This document shows, in pieces, positions 1 through 11,829 of a stretch of DNA of 64,000 nt. Source of the DNA: Phoronis australis (Eukaryota; Animalia; Phoronida); NCBI GenBank assembly GCA_002633005.1, contig NMRA01000034.1, positions 1,493,795 to 1,557,794 of the forward strand, given 5' to 3'. How positions within the stretch are numbered: position 1 is the stretch's first letter; the number at the start of each line of letters is the position of its first letter. The notes beneath the pieces are model-generated. The model ran no database searches. It was given only the letters and a program-made list of their open reading frames with translations, and was not told the origin of the DNA. The position numbers and the translations under genes are program-made.

Positions 1-503
1 TGAGAAAAGTGGATTTTGGGACAAATTCGACTACGGTACATTTTCATGTGATGAGTTTTCTTTCAGGAACAATGAGAACCAAACGCATTCTACAAAGTCC
101 TTACTTACTTGTCTCCCACTGGCAGACCGTGGTAGATATTCTTTTCTTTACTTTTATATTCATTCTGTATTATTTAAAGCCATCTCAAATTGTGGATTTT
201 ACTTTGTTCACTTTACTGTCTTGTTTTATTAAAGCCATCACTACATGTGCACGTGCTGCAGAGTTCAAGCCCCCACCACAGCCAGGTATTGCCATTTCTT
301 CTGAGAACAAAGTGGATTTTGTTAGCAGCTTGCCAGAGAAGATATTTGTAGCGCTGGGCTGCTTGTGCAATGACCCTGAAGACCAGGTGAAAAGAGCTGC
401 AGCTATTACCTTGTATGTACTCAATAGGCCCAATGAAAAGGTAATTGACAGCCATTTTGTGACTTATCATTCAGTCAAATTCAAGTGATTTTAATTATAA
501 AGG
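1..503 (+). repeat. Near-identical duplicate of 691-1193 (including a copy of the HEATR4 exon at 235-440), ending at a single N; probable haplotype or overlap artefact
   Basis: Only 3 substitutions seen over 503 bp (positions 27, 53, 112); the copy stops exactly at N504. Confidence 0.85.
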
Positions 504-924
504 NTGCAATGTTCCATATGGCCTGTGTATAAGTAAACACAGCTTACCAAATGGATTGTGGTCCTGGCTGAGAAGATAAATGTTTTTACACCTATGGGTT
601 TTGAATAGCCTAGCCCAGAATGGTATTTCTATGACAGTGACAATGGATGGTGACATTTTTTCTTTGACAGTGGTTCTACAATGTGTTTCTTGAGAAAAGT
701 GGATTTTGGGACAAATCCGACTACGGTACATTTTCATGTGATAAGTTTTCTTTCAGGAACAATGAGAACCAAACGCATTCTACAAAGTCCTTACTTACTT
801 GGCTCCCACTGGCAGACCGTGGTAGATATTCTTTTCTTTACTTTTATATTCATTCTGTATTATTTAAAGCCATCTCAAATTGTGGATTTTACTTTGTTCA
901 CTTTACTGTCTTGTTTTATTAAAG

Positions 925-1130
925 CCATCACTACATGTGCACGTGCTGCAGAGTTCAAGCCCCCACCACAGCCAGGTATTGCCATTTCTTCTGAGAACAA
1001 AGTGGATTTTGTTAGCAGCTTGCCAGAGAAGATATTTGTAGCGCTGGGCTGCTTGTGCAATGACCCTGAAGACCAGGTGAAAAGAGCTGCAGCTATTACC
1101 TTGTATGTACTCAATAGGCCCAATGAAAAG
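925..1130 (+). CDS. HEATR4: HEATR4-like exon (ITTCARAAEFK...VLNRPNEK)
   Basis: Acceptor ttttattaaag|, donor |gtaatt at 1131; HEAT motif DPEDQVKRAAAITL. Confidence 0.85.
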
Positions 1131-4100
1131 GTAATTGACAGCCATTTTGTGACTTATCATTCAGTCAAATTCAAGTGATTTTAATTATAAAGGTTCCTTT
1201 TCCATAATAAGAATTTACAGACCATATAGAGAATAAATGCAAAATGTATTAAATTGCTCCTTACTCAAATGAGAAGTGGTCAACATAGACTTGGAAATGC
1301 CGATGTTTCATTATTGTTTGATTCGGTGCTTGTCACATAAAATGGCCAACCATGACTAGCCAGCTTACAGAGACTTGTCTCGAGCAATAGTAACTTGCAA
1401 ACAAAAAATTCACCACCGACTAATTTGACAACAGTTTGCAACTGTCGTAAATGTTAGTGCTTCTAAAGATATTTTGTCACCCATACATAATCCAGCAAGA
1501 ACAACAACGTGGCAGCCAGGCGTACTTTTTTCATTGAAAAGCTGTGCATTGACTTTTTATGCTACAAACGAACTTGACAACATCTTCCTAAACAAAGTGG
1601 TTGTTGTGCTGTTTATTGGCAATACTCAAAGACAGTCTAAATGTTGTAGCTTTCAAGCCTTGTGCATTTGGCCGAATTGTTCACAAAAGCCACTCACTGA
1701 CATTCCTGCAGAGATCCTGGCCACTTCACTATCAACATCAATTGTGTGGTTATACCTCTTATGAGAGGATCATACTGTAACACTGACAGGATTCTGGTTG
1801 TTGAACAGTTGATATATTTGGTTACCACTGAGCTTGCTTGGATACTTGATGTAAAATAATGTACACCGTGCAAGCGGATAGTTTCAACTAGCTGTTTTAA
1901 CAGTCAATGTTAAAATAGACTCAGTTTGGTAATCACCCAGCTTTGATAGACTGTCTTTGCAGTGATAGTGGGCTGTGCACTTTTGATTGGATTGAACCAT
2001 TTGAGCAAAGGGATTATTCATTTTTCTGTTCTTGTCAAGAGCTATTAAGACTGTCAAGCATGTCCGCACTTGTGGAGGTGAACTTTGAATTATCTTGTAG
2101 TAATGCCCTCACTTTTTCTCAGGCAGAAGAAATCTTGAGGTCCACTTTGTCCCGAAGCAACACTGTTGATCGATGGGCTGCGGTGCAGTGTCTGGCACAT
2201 TATGGGGCCACTGACTCAGAGGTCATTGGTGAACTGGTCATCCAGCTACTGAATACAGAAGATGGATTGAAGTACTCACGATGTGCAGGATTACTCTCTC
2301 TACTCAGTCAAAATACTGTAAGTGTTATTATTTTGAGATCATGTTTAGTCTAAAAACTCAAGAACAAAAAGTGCCCATTTTATGTTGAGTTTATTCATAG
2401 AGTGAGAGGGACATTTTAGTAAAAGTCAATAATCTTCAAATGTACTCATGCATCTGTCATTTTGTCAGTCATACATTTTGTCAATCATACAGTTTGTCAG
2501 TCATGCTTAGCTTACAGGAATTGTGAGTTACCGGGTATGTCTTTTTTGAAATTGTGAGTCTTTCAGCTTTTGTGACATATTCATCAATATTGTGTTGAAC
2601 ATTTACTAGGTACTTGTCTGAGTAATCAACAGCATGTCACCCAGACACGTTATATATCAGACATACGCATATGTTTGACATACAGGTTGCCAGTGTGTCA
2701 TGCTTTGATCAACTGGTGAACAGCCTCAAAGTCATAGTTTCTATTTTAAAGAAGTTGTCTGTTCTTGGAAGGCTGCCTTCAAATTGGAATATGTATGAAA
2801 GGTCTTCATGGCTTATTAAGCAATATTTGCCCTTTTCATAGAAAATGGATAATTTGAAGTTATTTGGACTTCATGAACATAGAATTAATAATTTCACATG
2901 ACAATTAACTACCAAAAACGTCATTTCTCAATGGCTCATAACAATGGAAAATTTACCAATATTTTTGTGACGTCAACACCATAAAAACCATGCTAATCAT
3001 GGACTGAAATTTTCCAAATATTTTGAAGCAAACTATGATTGAGCATTCTGCTACTTTTCCTATTTCTTGCAGTTTGGGTGGTTGTCGAGTATTTTTGAAC
3101 AACGTGTCATTTTAATCACATTTTTCAACTTGTTTGCAGACTCTTGTTCATTCCATGATAGCTGAGCAGCTGAACAGTAGTAGCTGGCGACACCGTGTGA
3201 TGGCTTGTAAAGTTATTCCTCGCCTCTATGGAACTGTCAGCAGGGTATGTAGTTATTAATTAATAGATAGCCAGTTTAATTTCGCGAGCTTGAGCTCGTT
3301 TTCAAGTTCAGATCAAGAAATGTTGAACGTTCATCCCATCATGCACTGAAAGTTCATTTTTAAAGCAAAATTTTTGCATATTAGATTTTGAGACATATCC
3401 AACTACTGTGGAGTCGTCTGCCTGATTGTCCAAGCTGCTTGAAGAATGATGATGAAAGGTACTTGGTGTTGAAATCATTTTCGACTTGTTGTGCACCCCC
3501 TAGAAGCTATTATGAAGCTGACTAGCATAATTTCATTTGATCTGTTAAGTGGGAAAGTTTATAATAATGATCATCTCTTTTGTTTGTGTCGTATGTGATG
3601 TGCATGGTGAGTGTGGCATCAACGCTCGGCATTGCTCTTATCTTTTTGTAGTTTTCATTGTTTGACATCCGACTTTTTGTCTTTAGTACTCACTATTATT
3701 TGTTGAAGGACTTGAGTAGTAAACTGACCAACCTTATGTGGTCTGACTGGCATGGCGAGGTGAGAAAGGCTGCAGCACAGACCCTGGGTAAGACAGGTCA
3801 CGGTGTCAAAGTTCATGACCGGCTGAAAAAACAACTGTGTAGCGATGATGAAAGGCAAAGAGTGGATGCGCTGAACAAGATTGGAAAACTCGGTAGGATT
3901 TGTACTTCTGCTTGCTACCAGTGCACGGTTTACACAAACCTTGATAAAAGTATATCAGAAATCAGTAAAACACGATAACATAATTTGAACCCCCAAAAAT
4001 ATCTTGTTGAAAAACTCTTAACATGCATTTTGATAGGTTGCCCAAAGTGTCAACTGCAGGTTTTCGTTCAGCATGCATATCTGTCAGTAAATTACATTCA

Positions 4101-7100
4101 GTGTTTACATGATCACCTTTGTTAACCAAAAATAGCAGAATGAAAATAAAGCAATGAAATTGGGCTTTATTTCCTATCTACGACACTTAAGCCATGTCGA
4201 GCAGGAAACCAGAAATTATCAGAGTGTAAACTCTTGTGGCTATAGTACCATGAAATCTCAAGGTCGCAAGCTCTAACACTAAAGTGCATGGATCACGTGC
4301 AGAAATTGACATTCCTGTCTACAGTTATATGCCAAGTCTGAAAAGATCTTTCCAAGCTGACAGGGGTTCAAACCTGGGATTTTCTGCTAATCATCAGACT
4401 TTACTTAATATAAGTCACGTATGTCTTGTATGAAGACTAAAAATTCTTACGTATACGATATCAATGCACTGATTGGTAATAGCATATTAATTACATTACA
4501 TACTGTTCTCGAATTGGATTATAGACTTGGCCCAATACGTTTTATGCTATAATTCTAGAATCCTGCAGATTTGACCCAATGTTTCTTAATTACTGTCCTG
4601 AACTCATATAGCTTTGCTCCACCACTGATATGTAGATAATTGGCCCAATGTGTTATGTAGCTCTTATTTTACTACAAACTTTACATTACACTATCAATAA
4701 TTCACTTTAAAACCCTGCTATAATTTTCCCAACAGGTATTATGACCGCCAAACTGCTGCCTTCATTTCTGTCATGCTTCGATGATGAATATTTGTCTGTG
4801 AGAATGGAAACTTGTGTTGCATGCTCGAATCTTCGCATTCAAGACCCCCTGGTATGCGAGAAACTAATCTTCCTGGCGTCATACGATCCAATATGGAAAA
4901 TAAAGGCCCTAGCCATACAAGGTAGAAAATTTAATAATTTTATTTTTTATGACAGGTCTTGTCCTATTTTAAATGGACAGTTATAATTACTTTACAGCTG
5001 GATAGTGTGCATGCTGGCCTAGCGCCTGAGACAAAATTGACAGTTAACATTTTTTTGTATAATGTTTGAAAATCTTTTCATTTCTTTACATTTTTCCTTA
5101 GGCAATGAGTTACTTGATCACTTGAATTTTTTTCGAAATTTTTTTCTTCTGGTAATATGTAGTGTGCCAATTTCAGCTCTTGGACAAGTAGGACGGGTCA
5201 CCCCAGCCATAAGGCGCACTCTGTTGTGGGCTTTACGATATGAGGAGAAGCCAGGCGTGCGAGCTGAAGCATGTCACTCATTAATTCTTCTTGGATTTGA
5301 AGATAACGAAGTACAACACATACTGCAGGATAGATTCTTAGTGGAGTCCAGTGAAATCGTCAAAGCGTAAGTCAGTCTGTGATGCTAAAGTGTTTGACTA
5401 AGCAAATTATGCTATATTATAAGTCTTTTAAGCCCTTCTTGCAAATATCCCATAGATCAACCAACTAGGTGATAGTTAAACACTAAATTTACCTGCAAAA
5501 GCAGTCTGATAATGCTTCTTTTTGCCCATGATTGTCTCAGTTCTGTTATTGTGCATCACGTGGACAACATATCGGGCAAATCAGGCAGTAGGCGTGAAAA
5601 CATTTTTGATGAATATGCAAGAAATGTGGTTAAAACATTTACTCATCAAAAGATTCTGACAACCAGGATAAAGACGAATAGGCGGAGTTCAAAGTTCAAT
5701 TGATCTGCTGTCAGATTAGGGCAGCGCTGTCAGTCTACATTGAGCATCTGTCTCGTTTTTGGCTTCTTGTCACATCTATGTGTCAAAATTTTAAAATTTG
5801 ATAATTATGATTTAATCGAAGTTAAATAAATACTTAGTCAAAAATGTTAAGAACTTTAACATTTCTTGACACCTTTAGGCCTGTTTACAGCAACAAAATT
5901 TGCACATGTGAGTAAATTTACTTAAGGGTAAAATTTTCAAAGGTATGTAAAAGTATGTTCACTACGTGTTCTCAATACCAGTGCGCTCTAAGCTCGTTTT
6001 CGAAAGGGCTGTCATCTTAGGCAGACTACTTTTAGGGACGAGTATTCTGCTGACATACAGTGTATCAATAGGGTTGATGTTTGGGTTGTCATCAGAACTT
6101 TGTGGAAAATGGAACACTCACAAGACTTGTTAGAGTGTACTATCATGTAAGAAACATTCAAAAATGACCAGTGGTTTGAAAATTAAGAATGACGAGACCT
6201 TTTATCTGTTACAAGGAGAAATTCAAGTGGATAAACTTGCTCAGTTTGTTGCAAACATAGGTCATGTTTTACTTTTGAATCTTTCAAAAGTCCTTAAAGC
6301 TTCTTTTCACTTCATCATTCCATGACTTTCTTCATTTGTCAGCCATAATTCATCCACAGCTCAGCTTTTCATTGCTCACAATACAATTGAGACTGAACTC
6401 GAGGAATTAATTTGCATGTATAGTGATGATGTATCTGTAATTATGATATGATCAATTTGGACACACAAATAGGAATATAAATTCTCAGTCACAGTTAGCA
6501 CAGTCAAACCTTTCACAAGTCTTTGTTATTTTCCCCTTTCACTTTTAGATCTTTTACAAAAATTACGTGTAATTTGTATAAGACAGTGTGTGCCAAAAAT
6601 GGTTGCATCCATTGTGTGCTCTGGTGGAGTTCAGAAGTATCGAGACTGACCAAATCCATGGCCTGGAAATAGTTTTATTATTAATAGTTGTTTTTAATTT
6701 TTATATTTTAACTTTTAATTTTATCTCACTGGGTCTAAAATGTGAGCATGACGTCATTTACTGAACAAGAGGATATCATAGTGGTCTATGCTTATGATTG
6801 AAACAGAGAGTTGTCACCGTATTTAATCATTTGCAATAATTACCGCAACACCATGCAACATAACTAACAGAATAATGTCCTTGTTTTCAGAGAGATTGCA
6901 GAAGCATTAGACAAATACGGCATTTCCGATATCGAGGACATTGCCATGGTAGCTAAGATAAAGGATGAGGTACGAAAGCTATGTACTCGAAACAACATTT
7001 GTGCACAGATTGCAAGCAATGAGGCAGAGGAAGATTTGGAGTTCAACCGTGAAAGATTGATCTACAGATCCAAATCAGAGGTATGGTGACTAAACTACTA

Positions 7101-8627
7101 GGGATTCTTATAAGTTGGCAGCAACGCTTCTTTCAAACAAGTCACATTGAACACGGCTTGACTAAATTAGGTTAATAAACTAATTAGCAATAACATTTTA
7201 TAAATGAAAGCCCCACCAAAGTGGCAAATTTGTGACTGCTGTGTGGCTATAAACCCGCTTTCCATCATGTAAACCAACATTAGGCTCTACATCACATTTT
7301 CCAACTGGCAACTTTGAATGCTTCATATGGGTTGGGATTACAAATTTTAAAACACTTATGGCAGCACCTGCATTTTTATGGCCAACTTCATTTGTTCGGG
7401 GATTAGAGAGCAGAGATGGGTGTAAGTGATGGACTGCTGTCTGTTCATGGCAACATTCATACTCAACCATAGCTAAGCTACATTAGCTAAGCAATTCATC
7501 GTAATACTGTTTTGTTGCTCATTGAATGTCACCCTGCTCAGCTGTGGATGTATGTCTGTTTAATTTGTTTTTTTCCATTATTTTAAGTTGTAATAATTAT
7601 TATGTTTTAGAAAAAGTTGGACACAGCCAAGATGTACCGGGCAGTGAGCAGCATGTCACGTAATAATTCCCCACTAAGGGAGCCAACGTTGTCACCAGGG
7701 GCACATCAAGAACTGGACCAGATATTGCACAAGGAGGAAGAGAACTCAAGCTCAGATGAGGAAACCAACACAACAGTGTCTGGAAAAAATTCTGCCAAGA
7801 AAAGTCGACCAACTACTGCCAGTGGATCCCAGATGAGGGATAGTTCATCATCTTTTTACTATGGTGACACCCGATTCTCTGAAGGTGATGATGATTCCAG
7901 TGACGAGATTACCAACTTTTCACCATCACCGAGTCCTGGAAGATTTGAGAGTTCTGCTTTTTCCATGAGGTCATCTACAAGGATGTCCGATAGAAAACAA
8001 GGGATGAGTCGGGAGGCTTCACCTGTGCCAGAACGTGTTGCTCTGGCAATGAAATCGGAAACTGTACTTAATTTAATAAAGAAACATGATGCTGAAGACT
8101 ACCAACTGTGTCATGGAATTGATCTGGGGGAAAGTAGAGAAGATGACATTAACACTGTTGATGCAGAGTTGCTTGGGGGTGTTGATGGAGAGTTGGTGAA
8201 GAGTGCTGATGTGGAGTTAGTGAAGTATGTTGATGGAGAATTGGTAAAGGATGTTGATGGAGATCAGACTTTGGCTTTGAGCAGAGGAGGCAGTGACTTT
8301 GTTATTAGTGTTGCTAATGAAGAGGACGAGCTCGCTGCAGAGATCTTAAGAGATCGGAATAACAATGACAATGACAATAACATAAGCACAGACAATTATA
8401 AGAGTTATGAAGAAAATTCTCCTCAAGTGAATGATATTAAAAAAGGAGATTTTTTAAGTTGTGATATTAGAAAGGAAGATTTTCAGGATGAGAGGGGAAA
8501 TATTGATGAGATTTCTGAAGAAACTTCTAAGCTTATGGTAAGCGAAGATCCCACTGCTACCAGTAACCTTAACGAAATCGAAAATGACATTATGAGTAAA
8601 ACAGGCGATGAGTCTGCTGTTGACTGA
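925..8627 (+). CDS. HEATR4: HEAT repeat-containing protein 4-like gene, 3' part (8 coding exons; 5' exons lie upstream of the window)
   Basis: Exons 925-1130, 2123-2317, 3140-3244, 3709-3892, 4736-4921, 5177-5366, 6891-7080 and 7611-8627 are joined by GT-AG introns with consistent phases (0,0,0,1,1,2,0). The spliced peptide contains LVHSMIAEQLNSSSWRHRVMAC, LMWSDWHGEVRKAAAQTLG, MTAKLLPSFLSCFDDEYLSVR, DPIWKIKALAIQALGQVG and LLWALRYEEKPGVRAEAC, which I recognise as closely matching the HEAT region of vertebrate HEATR4. Confidence 0.9.
2123..2317 (+). CDS. HEATR4: HEATR4-like exon (AEEILRST...LLSQNT)
   Basis: Acceptor tttttctcag|, donor |gtaagt; 195 nt, phase 0/0; contains DRWAAVQCLA. Confidence 0.9.
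3140..3244 (+). CDS. HEATR4: HEATR4-like exon (TLVHSMIAEQL...GTVSR), not in the ORF track
   Basis: Acceptor tgtttgcag|, donor |gtatgt; 105 nt, open frame. Confidence 0.9.
3709..3892 (+). CDS. HEATR4: HEATR4-like exon (DLSSKLTNLMWSDW...IGKL)
   Basis: Acceptor ttgttgaag|, donor |gtagga; 184 nt, ends in phase 1. Confidence 0.88.
4736..4921 (+). CDS. HEATR4: HEATR4-like exon (GIMTAKLLPSF...ALAIQ)
   Basis: Acceptor ttttcccaacag|, donor |gtagaa; phase 1/1. Confidence 0.9.
5177..5366 (+). CDS. HEATR4: HEATR4-like exon (ALGQVGRV...SEIVK)
   Basis: Acceptor aatttcag|, donor |gtaagt; phase 1/2. Confidence 0.9.
6891..7080 (+). CDS. HEATR4: HEATR4-like exon (EIAEALDKYG...YRSKSE)
   Basis: Acceptor ttgttttcag|, donor |gtatgg; phase 2/0, open frame. 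Confidence 0.88.
7611..8627 (+). CDS. HEATR4: HEATR4-like terminal coding exon: Ser/Asp/Glu-rich low-complexity tail
   Basis: Acceptor tatgttttag| is in frame with the 336-aa ORF 7617-8627; stop TGA; AATAAA at 8877 and 8902. Confidence 0.8.
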   Translation, partial: KKLDTAKMYRAVSSMSRNNSPLREPTLSPGAHQELDQILHKEEENSSSDEETNTTVSGKNSAKKSRPTTASGSQMRDSSSSFYYGDTRFSEGDDDSSDEITNFSPSPSPGRFESSAFSMRSSTRMSDRKQGMSREASPVPERVALAMKSETVLNLIKKHDAEDYQLCHGIDLGESREDDINTVDAELLGGVDGELVKSADVELVKYVDGELVKDVDGDQTLALSRGGSDFVISVANEEDELAAEILRDRNNNDNDNNISTDNYKSYEENSPQVNDIKKGDFLSCDIRKEDFQDERGNIDEISEETSKLMVSEDPTATSNLNEIENDIMSKTGDESAVD

Positions 8628-8876
8628 ATGTGATGTCTCAGTGAAATAACATTTCAGAGACATCAGCTAAACATTTCTCCATCATCCTTTCTTATATTAT
8701 GCAGCGAAAATGATGAGGATTTTTTTAGTGAAAGGCTTTATCTTTGATTTTAATCGCTATACGAAACTGTAGTTTGTTACAAAAGAAGACAGTTTCGAAG
8801 ATGCCTTGTTCCTTGTTGCAAGGTATTTTTGATTCATGAATAGTATACATTTTTGTATACAATATTTTGTGGTGAT

Positions 8877-8907
8877 AATAAAGCCTAGAGCTCCAAGATC
8901 AAATAAA
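8877..8907 (+). terminator. Candidate polyadenylation signals of the HEATR4-like gene
   Basis: Two AATAAA hexamers (8877-8882, 8902-8907) about 250-280 nt after the stop codon. Confidence 0.5.
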
Positions 8908-9776
8908 CACTTTATTACTCTTAGCATGGTAGAGCTTTATTGTTGAGCAAAAAATCACGTCTGTGTAATTTTAGGCCAATCAACAATCAAGGTCACAATA
9001 AACGAAAGATTAATATGTTCAATTAAAATAAAAAATATTGTCATTGTGTGAGGTGGTTTAAGTATTTTGAATCGCCACAAATGTATCAACTGACATTTTT
9101 TCACGTTGGATGTAAGGTTTTTAAGAATATCACTGTATGATCCAGGCATGTGAGCCTTCCAGGTAGGTCATTAGGGCACAGATCACACGTTTTTATATTA
9201 TTATTGTTTTCACATTTGCAAATTGTCATTGAATACAACTGCACTTCGTGTAACGTAGATTATGTTAAAATAGGATTGTCGTTTAGTTCCTGCTATACAT
9301 TTACATAGGAGTATGCACATCAATATCCCAATAGACGGAAATGGCATTATACTTGAAAAATTATTTTTTGTCATTCCGCCAGTAATGATTGACAGATTTT
9401 CTTCACATTACCTTACCCTGACAGCGACGACGATTCTCATCAAACCCACCACATCGTCCCCGCCTCTCCAACCTGATATACCCAGTGTTATGTGTGATCT
9501 CCCAGATTATCAACTAACAAACAACATGCTGACGGGAAAACAATCCCAGATGAGTTGATCCACTTCCGAAACTACAGTTAGGATTTGACACCGAGCCGTG
9601 CCATTTCAAAAGCTCTAATGACTACGTCATCCACACACCCGCGACGTCTACGTAAAACTCTAGGTTGGCGTAATGACCGAATTCTATTAAGTCAAGTTTT
9701 GCTAATTATGAGGAGAGAAGCTAGTAGTTTTGCTTAGTGTTAACCTTTGTGTACCTGATGTGAGGATTAAAAATTG

Positions 9777-10042
9777 CATGCGCGCACCCAGGTGGTACTC
9801 GGGGGGGGGCTTGAACGAGCCCCCTCATTTTGCGAAGTGTGCAAAAACGCTCACCTCAGAGAAACAAAAACTCCGAAAAAGTTGAAAACGAGACAAAAGT
9901 CCGCTAAAAAGGCAGGAACTATCAAAACAGCGAATGCAGCACAATTCATAGCGCTGAGCGTATCTCTTGAATCTTAGTAAAAGGTCCACATTCTCAAAAA
10001 GACGAGACACCTCCCCCTATTTTTAGGCTGGGTGCGCGCATG
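9777..10042. mobile_element. MITE (hAT-like non-autonomous DNA transposon)
   Basis: Perfect 15-bp terminal inverted repeat catgcgcgcacccag ... ctgggtgcgcgcatg; no clear target-site duplication. Confidence 0.7.
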
Positions 10043-10396
10043 AAACTAGTTAAATTTTACCCGGTTGGTTGGTTATGACGAAGCTGCTGCTCATGATGGT
10101 GTGATTTGGATTAACAAATAGGAATAGAACTACCCTGTCACCTCACATTTTCAAAAATTTTGCAAGTCGTACATTTTCTGATTCAGATAACCACAGGACA
10201 ATTTATCACTTGGAACTTTTACAAAATTATTTATATGTACTCGCCATATTTGTTCTCAGTAATAAGCGCCCATGCCCCTATATACGCGCTCCCACGCGTT
10301 TTCAGCCTTCACTCTGGCATGAACGTGTAAATGAGAAAATGACTTACCAACAATTCTAAAATTCTACAGTAACGTCTTCAATTTATCAACAAGATC

Positions 10397-11661
10397 CGGT
10401 GTAGAATTAAATAATGACCCCAAGAAAAAATGATCCATGGCCCGGGTAAGTTTTTCACGGGTTCTAAATGAAATGTGAAGAATTTTGAACCCACGAAAAA
10501 TGACTTGTCCTGTCAACAGTACCCCCGCGAAAGGGTGCTGGGGTAAGCAGACATGATACCCGCAATAGGAGATCTTACAACAATGTTCGATACACCCGGC
10601 GAATATTTATGTCTGGGGGGACCTACCCGGGGGGGGGCTACTGGTGTAGGTTGGCTATCAAAGAATGAAAACCACTGAGGAGTGGTGGTCTGGGTCAAGT
10701 GGCAATTAGACGAGTCCTAAGCAGAGGACTACCGGGGGAAAGATGGCGACCGTTAACCTGGGAGGTTTACACAGCGACTGGCTGGGGGAAGGGGGCGGAC
10801 GCCAAGGAGTACGTGTCAACGGGGCGGGGGAGCAAGGATCAGAGCCTTTGTCGACCGAGGGAGGGGGCGCCAAAGAGACGTCCATAAGAGAGGGGGATGC
10901 AACGAGCCTTTGTCGACCAGGGGGTGCGCCAAGGAAATGTCTCCTCTGATGAAATCGACAGCGCGGTGCGGACGGGTGAATTGCAATCGTGAGAGGGGAA
11001 TAATGAGCGTGAGTGAAGAAGTTTATGCTCGCCTGAATGGTGCGTGGCAAGGGAAATCTACATGTCTTGTTTTTCGGTATATGCAATTAGGTAGAAAAAG
11101 TAAGGGCATGCAGGGCAGTCTGAGAAATATCGTGATGTGTGAGAGCTGGGCTGCCTGTTCACAAGCAAAGAATATTATGTCCGTGACTGAGAAGCTGCTT
11201 CAGTTGGATCGGGAAAATTTGAATTCGTGAGAGGATCAAGCGTGCGTGCTGAACGACGCACGGTATATCATATTAAGGGAAGTGGCGAAAAGGAAAGGAA
11301 CGGTTTGAAATAATGTGCGGGAACGGGGTTGGTGTTTTTGCTAGCAAAAAATTGCATGTACAACACACCGAAAAGTGCGTGGTACTAGGTCGGGAGGACT
11401 TCAAATAAGTGACCGATCAATAGAGTGCGTGAGAGAATTTTTGTACGCCAGCAATCCCGAACGATGCACAGGAAAGAAAGTCTATGTTCACCGCTTTGCT
11501 TTTTAACCTTAAAAATCTGCCGTTTATTCATATGTGAAAAAATGACCCCATAGGTAGTTCACAAAAATTAAGACCCCATTAAAAAGCGACCTGGGTCATT
11601 TTTATTATTAAAAAAATGACCCTGGGTATTTTTTATGGGGTGATTATTTAATGCTGCACTG
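10397..11661. mobile_element. Non-autonomous TIR element with a GC-rich internal (possibly nested) segment of about 10511-11490
   Basis: Imperfect ~35-bp inverted termini cggtgtagaattaaataatgacccc / rc cagtgcagcattaaataatcacccc; subterminal aaatgaccc repeats; interior has short GC-rich direct repeats (gagcctttgtcgacc x2). Confidence 0.6.
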
Positions 11662-11829
11662 ATATTCCTGGAAAATGATCACGGAATTTCTAATATTTTT
11701 TGTCAAAATGATAACAGGACACACCAAGTACAATATAGGCTTAAGAAAAAACATCATGCATATACAAACACAGCCACACATACATCATCCAACCTATAAA
11801 ATCATGTTTGTTGCAGATAAGTAATATAA

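Noticed and set aside
1-1193. Apparent tandem exon duplication in HEATR4 (ORFs 9-488 and 681-1178)
   Set aside because: The copies differ at only 3 sites and abut a single N, so an unmerged haplotype or contig overlap is more likely than real alternative exons.
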